Shown: positions 55,001 through 64,000 of the stretch, in pieces | How positions within the stretch are numbered: the stretch's first letter is position 1 | Layout of the letters: each line of letters begins with the position of its first letter | Origin: Catajapyx aquilonaris | Lineage: Eukaryota | Length of the DNA stretch: 64,000 nucleotides | Assembly: GCA_000934665.2 (NCBI GenBank) | Contig: JYFJ02000123.1 | Span: forward strand, 62,001-126,000 | Reading direction: 5' to 3' | Notes under the pieces: model-generated | The model's input: the letters and a program-made list of their open reading frames with translations, nothing else | What the model was told of the DNA's origin: nothing | Databases searched by the model: none | Made by a program: the position numbers and the translations under genes

Positions 55001-58000
55001 ATAAACTTCTGGGAGTTGAGTGTGGAATAAAGGGGAGGGTTGGAAGGTACGAGTCATCATGAAGACGGTTAGTGGTGCAGGAACTTCCCCATTTCCCTAC
55101 TCGTCTCATGAATAAGATATCAGGGAGGTTGAGATACAAGACTCCTATGGGGATTCCCTCGACATCAAACGGAGGAAGGGGTGCAGGGGGTGGAGGGGAA
55201 AGGGACAATAAGAAACCAAATCGTGGGGCTTGTGCAGTTGCGGGCGTGACTAATGGGTGTTGCAGTGACTTGGACTAATGTGGGGGTCGTATTTCAGGCA
55301 GGTGTCGCAGGAGGCTCACGTGGCTGGCACTGAGGGAGGTCACCGACTGGCCAAGGCGATAAGGGACCGGTGGAAGCAGATGGGGATACACACAGCCAGA
55401 TTGGAGCCAGAGTTGGTCCAGCTCTCCAGGCCTTCCAGGTAAGTCAGGCAAAATGCAACGGAAACCATACCCTGTAAAGCAGACATTGTGGTGACACGTC
55501 CCGTCGGGATGGTTGCATTCCTACAGGATGTAGTTCCATAAAGCCCTTCTGGATCAAGTGCGAAATGAGATGATCGTACAGCGAAGCGCAGGGGATTGAA
55601 AAACTATAATGCTAATGGGTTCGTACCCGCAATCTGTTTATACAATTAGATCCGATTTGTTTCCGGAATCGACTATTGGAATTCATTTAACCTGCAAACC
55701 ACTCAGATTTCGGAGTTGGGTTAGGGGTCATTTGCTTGCTCGTTAGTATGCAGGATTAATTAATTCGGGGTGTTAGAGGGCTGCACGATCATGTTTCTTA
55801 TCAGAACCATTTAAAAATGGGATAGCAATCATCTCATGAAATATTGTTTGTTTGTTTGTTTATTTATTTATTTATTTATTTTTACCCCGTTGGGAGATTC
55901 GGGGCTCCATTAGGGGGGTGGAATACCACCATTTTACAACTCGATTTTTCTGAACTTTTTTGGCGGGCCATAGGGAAGGAAGGGAAGCGGCTGTGGCCTA
56001 TTATATACGGAAGAGACCCCGGAATTATCCTGGGGGGACCGTGGAAAACCACAGAAAACCACGGTCACGGTCGCCGGCCCCGAGAATCGAACCCAGGACC
56101 TCCCGATTAGCAGTCGGACTCCTTAACCACTACACCAACCTGCTTCGGTCATCTCATGAAATACTGTATATGATGACTTCATGTGTGTATACAGCATAAC
56201 AGTCAACAGACTGTATACACTACTATTACAACCTCGTTTGTATGAAAACGAAGCACGATCGGTCGTTCCCTATTTTTTCAATATGCGATTTGGTTACCTC
56301 CATGCAATTGTCCCACAGTCGGACAAGTTTTGCAATATCCTTCCCACAGTGTGGAATGAAACCCCATTTTCTCCGCACATGGCACAGCTGGGAGGCCAAA
56401 CATGTCGCTCCAGGCCTTCCTTTTCCAATACCAGTTTGCGCCCACTGACTATCACCGGCCCTTTGGTACTGTGGAGAGAGCTCTGGTACATCGTAAGACG
56501 CAGTGAAAATCAGAGATTGCTCCCTTTGGAAGTAATTGACGACAGCGTTATTGAAAAACTTGTCCTGCTGTGAGGCCTTCTATCTCCTGATATTATGTGA
56601 AAATTGAATGAAGATATTTACACTTACTTCATCAGTACATTCCAATTTCGGCCATAAAAATACTGTGAGGCCTTTGTACACATTATTTGCTGATAACTGA
56701 TTATCCCAGATTTGCTGTGGGAGAAAATGTTTCAAACTTTTCTTTTTACGGGACCGTACTTTCCCTGTTAGTAAAGCTGCTTTGACAATGAGAAAGTAAG
56801 TGTCAAGACTATATTAAGCTTAATTCCATTTAGACCAGAGTGTGACTCTGATCAGATTTTCAATTAAAAATGAGCTTCTAAAGCCAGCTCTGGAAAAGGC
56901 ACAGCTATGTGAATGGATCTTAAAGAGGTCATATTTCCTTTTACAAAGTCAGAGCCTTGAATCTCACGCATTCACAAACTTAGAGAAGCCCTTTTCAACT
57001 TCATTAACTGGTGCTTCAGTCCTGCAAGGAATCTATTCAGCTATACTCTCCACCAGTTCTTTCCCAACCCCTGAAGCTATCGAATAAATATTTTGGCTCG
57101 TGGATCCTAAATAATGAGCTACATGACTACATCAAAAGGCATATCCTCTAGGTATCCTCTCTGGACACGTGCCGCTTCAGGCTGGTAAGATTTCAAATAA
57201 TTTCACGTCCCACAAACTACAGTATCGCCCTTCCAGTTCCGCCACACCCATTTAGCTGATGACTCCATGAAGGATGCGTATTTTCCCCTGCTTTTTTGGC
57301 AGATCCTCAGTGAAGCCTGACTTTGACTAATGGCCGCTGTTGTTTTTTTGCGACAAAACACGAGTGGAACGCCCACTAATCGCCACTCCAATTAAAACCT
57401 ACCTGCAAAATTCCTGTTCGTTGGACCAACATTATTACTCCTGGAGGAAGCATGTTAATTTACATTCCATGATGCAAAAATATTTGTAAGACACTCCTTT
57501 GCAAATATAGGGGTTCTGTATAGTACAGGCGTATCTTAAAGCGCTTCCTGTAGATCCAATCGTAATAAGCTTGCTGCTGATTAAAACCGGGTTGGATCTC
57601 GCAGTCTCAACAGGGAGTCACACACACAAAAAATTTGGCCGCAATTTCAAGCTTGATGACCGCTGTGGGAGGCTTAGGAAAAGTTTTCAGCAACCCTAGG
57701 GCGGTTCAAATTGCGATCGTGATTCGCGAAAAAAATAATCGCAAAAGTCCACTTATCAGAAGGTGCGAGAATCGAGCGTTTATTTTAGGGTTCGGGTAAT
57801 GGGATGTTGAATTTGGAGGATGTGGGGGCTGCTGTTATTTCGAAACTTAGGAGGATTCCATTTGGAATACAAATCCGGTCTAATGAGGCCGCGAAATTTC
57901 GGGGGGAACTGGGTATTAGGACCCGTCTTTTAGCTTGGTTTGGCGCAGATTTCGAGCGGAAAATTGGGGGGACTTATTGTGTGCGTGTGCGTTTGGCTTT

Positions 58001-61000
58001 TGTAGTGTTTGCGTGGACGTGACGCTAGGGGGTGAGGATGCTCTCCTGCGATTTGTGCTTGGCTGCTCATGTGGACGTCTCTATGTAATTGAGCTTAACT
58101 AGTCTAATGGAAACCTCAAACTAGCGGCTGGGATCAAAGGCTGCGGTGAGGGGGTTAACTTTAATTCTGAAGGGAGCTGCACTGTTCACTCCGGGGGTAA
58201 CTTTAACAGAAAATTTTTACCTCTTTTTGGTGAACATGCCTAAAGCGAAATCGCATTTAGCGCGGAAGATTGGGTCTGGCAATTTAAGTTTCACGTAGCA
58301 AAGGTAATCTTACATAGTGCTGCAATATTGATTACAGGCAACGTGGAAATTGTGTCGAAACAACAATAAATTCTAAAGGAAAATTGCTCTTGCGTTATCA
58401 CTCCGAAATGTCATAAACGGTTTACATGTTTGATTCAAACCGTATAGTCGACAACCGGCTTCACCTATAGGTACTGTATGGCTTTTCAAATCTGATGGGT
58501 TACAGTGCAAGCATATGCGGGCGTTCAGGCATCTTTCAACATCCATTTTGATGCTGTGAAGCCTGTATAATTAATGACAAAATATATGAATTCTGAGAGC
58601 TTCATTTAAAAATTGATGGGGCCAACCTTCTAAAAGACATCAATTAGGGTTCCCCCAGATGCATTTCTTTGATCTTTCACAAAATGAAGCTTTTGTTTTG
58701 AACCACGGTGCTGGAACCCTGGTTTCCAACAGAGATGAAAGGGAATTATTGATCACTCTTGTCCCATATTTTTTCTTTCATTTTGTAGCGAGAAACCCAA
58801 CACGGTGGAGATAATTGACAGCAATGGCACCCGTCTGTTCGTGGCTTCCCAAGTCGGAGACGACCTCTTGCATCCAGACCTGCGTCCTTACAGCGGCTTC
58901 TCTCCAAATGGAACTTCCTCGGGTAAGTTCATCTACTTTCTTTCTATGGAGGAGTGTAATAAGCGCTTTCTGTATACTCACCAGGTAAGCTGGTGTATGC
59001 CAATTACGGAAGGAGAGAGGACTTTATGATGCTGAAGAGCCTGGGAGTTCCGGTGTCTGGAAATGTAGTCATCATTCGACTCGGGAAGGTGCACTGCGCT
59101 AATAAGGTCAGAATGTTGTAATTGCTTGTAGCAGATTTTTTGTTGCCGAATGTACTAGGGGGAATTGCAGTGAAAATCGTGTAAATGGTCAGCCGAGAGC
59201 AATCGGAAGCAATTAAAAGCTGGAATATTGCATTATTGTTACAGTACTTCTGTATGTTATTTTATACTGTACTGTACCTGCGGGGCAGAATTTCCTCGTT
59301 ATTTCTGTCATAATGGAAGTGAAACTGCGGATTATTTTCGAATGACCAGCGTTGGTTTGCGCGGTTGAAGTTTTTACATTAGTTATATAGCGAAGGCTTG
59401 AATGGTTGGTTGTTATATTTAATAATATCTGACCGACTGCCTGATGGGTTCAGTGCAGCTATTTATTTTCTGTTACAAAAATCGCCCCGGAGAATACTGC
59501 ACTGTACAGTATAATTGAATAATTGAAATGGCTCGAGCGAGCTGGTGACATAGCATTTTCGTATGAAAACTGCAGCCATGTGCAAAAAAATTTGCCCGCA
59601 GCTAGAAGCTTGTAAAAACAATGGATATGTCAACAGTACAATGGAGCTTACATAAGCAAGCTGCCGTATGAATTGCACAGATCTCCGCAGTTATTACTGG
59701 CTAATGTAATGTAATGTGCAGTAAAAGTAGCTGTCCATTTAAACTTGCTGAAATTCCATAGAATTTGTACTTTAAAAAATTGGTTATGACAGCCACATTT
59801 TTCGAACTGAAATCATCGCTTGTTGCAATTTGCATCATTTTACATCTGAATCATTCGGCTTATATCTGCCAGACATCTTTTTCGAGACCTTCCACGTTCC
59901 TTTCATGTTTCGCCTTTCATACACCGTGATTCATGGCAGCCTCCTCGTAATTTTCCAAGATATGCAGCCGGTAATATTCTCCTCCAGGCGGCATAATCCA
60001 GGACGACAAGGCGCTCGGAATACAAATGGTTTTATTACACGCCCGCACATCAAAGGCCATATACCGGTCATTTTTCACACACTTCTGTCCGCTCCCATCC
60101 CCTTTTTGCATGGTGCCTAATTCGATGAGATACGACCTTACCATTCAGGTGTGTGAATGGATACGCGGCTCACTGTGTGTATATGAAGCACTTGATATGC
60201 ATAATTTAAAGCTCCGGATTTATATGGGGAGATTGCTCGAAATTGAGATCAAATTGAAAAAATAGGCGGATTATCCAGATATCGCCTTGAAGTCAAGATA
60301 GAATTTATAGTCCGTCTTTTAAGTTTCTAACGCTTTTTTTTTGGGAGTATCCTTTCGCCTGGTTGACAACTTCTTTGAAAGGGGGAAAAAAAAGTCCCAA
60401 AATTGAATAGTGAGCACGCGAGGGCTCGGTCTTCAACCTCACAAATTGTTAGGAAGGACCCCTCCTTTTGCTCTTGCAGTTGACATCAAAAGGAAGGTTC
60501 GCGCCAGATTTACCAGTGAAAAGGGGAGCTGTTTCCAATTATTTTTTTGAAGCGGTGAAGGGAAAAATTGGGGGATGGGAAATGGGAAAGCTGAGAATGT
60601 CATGTCGGTGGTGCTCGAGTCACCAGTGGAAGAGGGTAGGAGTGAAGAAGTGGATTGTTTATTGCAGCCCAATCATGACATGCCTAAAATTTCGTATTAA
60701 AAATTAATGGGGTGTCGATGTATTGAACATTCTGTGAATTTGGCAGGTTCGGAATGCTGAACGGAATGGAGCCTCTGCTGTGATTCTATACCCGGACCCG
60801 GATGACTTTGTGCGTGGTCAACCTGCATTGTACCCAAGAGGTCTGGGTCTCCCAGGCGATGCTGTGGTGCGGAATAGTGTTGGACTATCGCCTGGTAGAA
60901 TCGGACCCATCTTTCGTTCCTCCGATGCACCTTCGACACCGGTGCAGCCAATCAGCTACAACGACGCCAGAGTGTTTCTTAGGTAAGGTCGACCTAAGTA

Positions 61001-63631
61001 TTGTCTCCCATTTGTATATACATCGATGTTTCTTATTTAGCGGATTGGGAGGTCCACCTCCTCCCGAGGGTTGGCGGGGAGCACTTGGCGTTCCTCAAGG
61101 ATTAGGGCCAGGATACAGGTTCCCAAATGACTCTCATGTGGTCAGGCTGGAAGTGCTGAATGTCCGAGAAGAACGGAGGATCTACCATGTCGTGGCACCG
61201 GTTAGAGGAGCTGTCGAACCCAACAGGTAGCTACGCATCAATCTGCAGGCATCTATAGATTGCTGTTCCAGAAGCGACACCCTATATTGTGACATTGTTG
61301 TGTTTCAGATACGTGTTGGTAGGCTGTCACCACGATGCCTGGAGCAACGGAAGCGGAGATCCGGGCACTGGACTGTCCGTTCTGAGCTCTGTTGTGTCGT
61401 CCTGGGGACGCATGCTGGAATCCGGATGGCGCCCTTTCCGGTCCGTCATTTTCCTGTCATGGGACGCCGGAGAGTACAACAGCTTAGGGTCGGCACATTG
61501 GGTGCAACACCACGCAGGGGAGCTCAGAGGAAGGGCAGTGGCCTATCTCAATCTGGATCAGGCAGTGAAGGGCAACCATTCTTTAAGAGTGTCGGCCAGT
61601 CCTCTTTTACGCCAGGCCATCATCCGTGCTGCTGATGTTACCACACCGAGTCTCTCTGACCGTCCAGAGACATCGCTGTACAGGCTGTGGCTGAAAGATG
61701 ACCCGGAAGATAGAAAAGGTTCGCATTTACTATCCCGTTGAAGAGCTTTTTACTAAAACACACACAAATCTTGAGCAGATCCGTCAAAAGGTCCCAAAGT
61801 GCATGGACTTGGGGCCGGAAGCGACCACGTCAGCTTCCAGAACAATCAAGGCATTTCTTCGGCTCACTTGACATTTGTGAGGGCACCGGCAAAGAAGCGA
61901 GGAGAGGCTTATCCTCTTCAGCACACTGCTTATGACAATTTTGACGCTGTGGCCAACTTGGTTGATCCTTCATTTTTGGCTTCCAAAACACTAGGTGAGT
62001 TGGATAATATTATATTCATGAGAGTGGACAGCCTGACACGGTGTCTGACAATTACAGCTGATTTTATGGCGTCCTTGCTGCTACTTTTGAGCGATTCGGT
62101 GCATCTTCCGATGCGCGTCAGTGACTACTCTTCCAATGTACGCCAGGGTTACGAAGCCTTCGTCAGTAGACATCAACATGTACTAAACCATCATAACATA
62201 TCTATTGGTAAGTAAAGCTTAATTTCCGATTGCATGTTGCGGCAGATAGTACTATAGTACTAATATAGGCTTGAATGACATTCATAGGACTTGGCGTACA
62301 AAGAAAAAGAGTTGAGTACCATATGTCAGATAATGAGCCTGGATTATTCCAATAATATGATCAAACTTGTGATACTCTCACATAAATGTTGAGCAATTGT
62401 GGGCGGAACAAGTAGGCTTAACAAAAAGCTTTGTAACGGAAAGTTCAAAGACTTCGATCAGTACCTCTCATATTGCAGACTGGTCAAAAATCACATTTGC
62501 GAACTGGCCAACTCCTGCTGTATAGTGCAACTTTGCTTTTAGGCCGTAACATAATTCGAGAGAGAACAAAATCGCATGGACTACTTGGGTCCTCTGCATG
62601 TGATGTTCACTCGCTGTCATTTCCACGGTATAATCATATCGTTCCTACTTGGCTTGCTCTAACTGCTAGGGGGAAAAAAACTTAACCTCTTTGCCATCAT
62701 TGCAATGCCGGTCATTGCTTTTTACTATTACTATTACGGCACGGCTTTCTGACATTAAGTTAAATGAGCATCTCATTCCCGTGGCAACGTCATTAACACT
62801 GAGCTGCAATTCCTTTGGATGCAAATGTATATTTGTAAAATGCTGTCGTTATAATTTCGACATATCTGTTCCTACCACCTCGCCATTCAGTTTATTTATC
62901 ACTTTAACTGTCTAGTTCTTATCCACTCAACATTCAGTTTATGTATACGCATTTCTTCCTTTTCAAGAGTCAATTTGGACTAATTTCTATTCAGAATCAT
63001 ATTGAAATGTCGGTTAACTTGTGTGTATCAACTATTGGACTAATCAGTGTTGGCTTAATTAGTATGCAAAGAATCTGAATCCAAGAAACAACGTCCTTTC
63101 CATGCAATTTTGCTTAAAATTAACTCAACTGAGCCTTTTTGCCTTACTACACCGCAGTCCGAAACTGATGCTTCCAATGCATGTTGGCAATAGTGCCTCA
63201 CCTGCTTTGCAATGGCATGATGAGCATCATGATTGTTTGAGAGTCGGAAGTAGCCTTAGGGGTGTCCCGCAGCCTACTTCCAGGACGCCGTGATGCGCTT
63301 TGAGTTGGCAGCTCAGGGCTTCCAAGAGGGTTCCAGCTCCAGCAGGGAGAGCAACGAGCAGCTCCTGGAGCTGGAGCGGGCCTTCCTTCTGCCCCGGGGC
63401 GCCAACTCGGGCTTCTTCCAGCACGCCATCTTGGGGGCTTCCCCGGACGACCTCTTCTCCAGCCAACACTTTCCAGGGCTGGAGAGGGCAATGAGAGGGT
63501 GCTGCGAGCATGACTTGGCAGCAGACAGAGACCTAGTGCTGCGGGAGATGGACCTGGTTGTTCGTGCTCTAGAGGCCGGATCTAGCGTCCTCCAAAGCAA
63601 ACTCATTCCCCCAGAGGTCGAAGAGAGGTGA
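45889..63631 (+). CDS. M28B family type II membrane protein (glutamate carboxypeptidase II / NAALADase / transferrin receptor-like), probably catalytically inactive, about 770 aa, 11 coding exons
   Basis: join(45889..46035,49173..49384,55298..55438,58789..58922,58985..59106,60747..60982,61041..61226,61309..61718,61779..61994,62058..62207,63273..63631) = 2313 nt; all introns GT-AG, phases consistent, no internal stops. Cytoplasmic tail + TM helix, HVAGT, LVYANYG..EDF and VILYPDPDD (PA domain), GCHHDAW..GDP, GWRPFRSVIFLSWDAGEY, YLNLD, YPLQHTAYD (M28 domain), NEQLLELERAF..FPGL (TfR dimerisation domain). The frame is open back to an acceptor at 45818, so the N-terminus could be longer. Confidence 0.93.
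46988..47303. mobile_element. Decayed foldback/MITE-like element with about 8 internal GAGT-N(7-9)-ACTC palindromic units
   Basis: Units at about 47007, 47042, 47085, 47119, 47164, 47200, 47248, 47268; imperfect terminal inverted repeats (CTAAAAAATTTCGAGT...ACTCGAAAATATTTAG); AT-rich; in intron 1 of the M28B-like gene. Confidence 0.6.
49173..49384 (+). CDS. M28B-like gene, coding exon 2 (TM helix and stalk)
   Basis: CTTTTCAG acceptor, CG|GTGAGT donor; VLLVLVSLCAGLILGIVVRR...EIHAAAIKEQLR. Confidence 0.9.
55298..55438 (+). CDS. M28B-like gene, coding exon 3
   Basis: TATTTCAG acceptor, AG|GTAAGT donor; QVSQEAHVAGTEGGHRLAKAIRDRWKQMG matches the family PHLAGT...LA..I...W...G block. Not in the ORF track (too short). 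Confidence 0.92.
55844..56148 (-). mobile_element. tRNA-derived SINE, copy 2 (full length)
   Basis: A box TGGTGTAGTGG, B box GGTTCGATTCT, (TAAA)n(CAAA)n tail, perfect 15-bp TSD TCATCTCATGAAATA at 55829-55843 and 56149-56163; antisense in intron 3 of the M28B-like gene. Confidence 0.95.
58789..58922 (+). CDS. M28B-like gene, coding exon 4
   Basis: Polypyrimidine tract + TAG acceptor, G|GTAAGT donor; EKPNTVEIIDSNG...PYSGFSPNGTSS. Confidence 0.92.
58985..59106 (+). CDS. M28B-like gene, coding exon 5 (PA domain)
   Basis: GKLVYANYGRREDFMMLKSLGVPVSGNVVIIRLGKVHCANK; follows a 62-nt intron; AAG|GTCAGA donor. Confidence 0.93.
60747..60982 (+). CDS. M28B-like gene, coding exon 6 (PA domain)
   Basis: VRNAERNGASAVILYPDPDDF...PVQPISYNDARVFL; GCAG acceptor, AG|GTAAGG donor. 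Confidence 0.93.
61041..61226 (+). CDS. M28B-like gene, coding exon 7
   Basis: GLGGPPPPEGWRGAL...GPG...IYHVVAPVRGAVEPNR; follows a 58-nt intron. Confidence 0.93.
61309..61718 (+). CDS. M28B-like gene, coding exon 8 (peptidase-fold core)
   Basis: YVLVGCHHDAWSNGSGDPGTG...GWRPFRSVIFLSWDAGEYNSLGS...AVAYLNLDQAVKG...VSASPLL. Confidence 0.95.
61779..61994 (+). CDS. M28B-like gene, coding exon 9
   Basis: PKVHGLGAGSDHVSF...YPLQHTAYDNFDAVANLVDPSF; G|GTGAGT donor. Confidence 0.92.
62058..62207 (+). CDS. M28B-like gene, coding exon 10
   Basis: ADFMASLLLLLSDSVHLPMRVSDYS...NISI; TTACAG acceptor, G|GTAAGT donor. Confidence 0.9.
63273..63631 (+). CDS. M28B-like gene, coding exon 11 (TfR-like dimerisation domain, stop)
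   Basis: CCCGCAG acceptor, phase 1; YFQDAVMRF...NEQLLELERAFLLPRG...FFQHAILG...HFPGL...EVEER*. Confidence 0.92.
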
Positions 63632-63687
63632 CCTCATCCTCGTGCTTCCCGAGTGCCTCAATGGAACAGACAACAACAAAAACAGAA

Positions 63688-63708
63688 ATAATAATAATAA
63701 TAATAATA
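63688..63708. repeat. Short (AAT)n microsatellite in the 3' UTR
   Basis: About 7 units downstream of the stop codon. Confidence 0.85.
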
Positions 63709-63934
63709 TGATTGTGAAGAAGGTCTTCTTTCCTCTCTTGCTGTGTGACTTTTGTATCCAGACTTCTTCGAGGCAGTTGGTAGGTTTTTTATATTTTCTG
63801 GAGTTCAATAATTCAGGCTCCGTGACTGATATTTTGTCTGGACTATGTGTATGTGTTTTTTCCGGCGTCCGGAAGCAAAGAAAGAGCCCAGGACCAATTT
63901 TATTGCGTGCCAATTCGACCTGTATTGTCCTGGA

Positions 63935-63940
63935 AATAAA
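63935..63940 (+). promoter_or_regulatory. Polyadenylation signal of the M28B-like gene
   Basis: AATAAA about 300 nt after the stop, followed by a GT-rich stretch (TGTCTTGTGT). Confidence 0.6.
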
Positions 63941-64000
63941 TTATGAGTAGCAATGTCTTGTGTACATATTTGAGATGTGATTTTTAAATACCTATTCTTT

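Noticed and set aside
62247..62262. 16-bp perfect palindrome TAGTACTATAGTACTA
   Set aside because: Short, AT-rich, intronic and isolated; no functional context.
63629..63691. Stop-codon readthrough (TGA-C context, 19 further codons)
   Set aside because: The protein already ends where the family ends; the extension is low-complexity and there is no supporting evidence.
63632..63960. Iron-responsive elements in the 3' UTR, expected for a TfR1-like mRNA
   Set aside because: No CAGUGN-loop hairpin seen.

Overview
Eukaryotic (invertebrate animal, probably arthropod-like) genomic DNA with GT-AG introns; no prokaryotic operons, CRISPR arrays or rRNA. Two spliced genes can be rebuilt by hand with consistent intron phases. 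(1) A 4-exon minus-strand gene (34917->33973, 180 aa) for a secreted Gly/Gln/Tyr-rich repeat protein with silk-like GLGGQG(L/M)YSQ units, with TATA box and polyA signal. (2) An 11-coding-exon plus-strand gene (45889->63631, about 770 aa) for a type II membrane M28B protein of the glutamate carboxypeptidase II / NAALADase / transferrin-receptor family. It keeps the five zinc ligands but has Gly at the catalytic Glu, lacks the glutamate pocket and Ca site, and has a TfR1-like YTRW..EEENVD tail, so it is a candidate pseudo-peptidase receptor. Repeats: two copies of a tRNA-derived SINE (one interrupted by a near-perfect palindromic Harbinger-type MITE), a decayed foldback element, microsatellites, and an apparent excess of TACAGTA/TACTGTA heptamers resembling Tc1/mariner excision footprints. 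I found no recognisable gene in bases 1 to about 33,700. All homology calls are by-eye comparisons with remembered sequences, not database searches.
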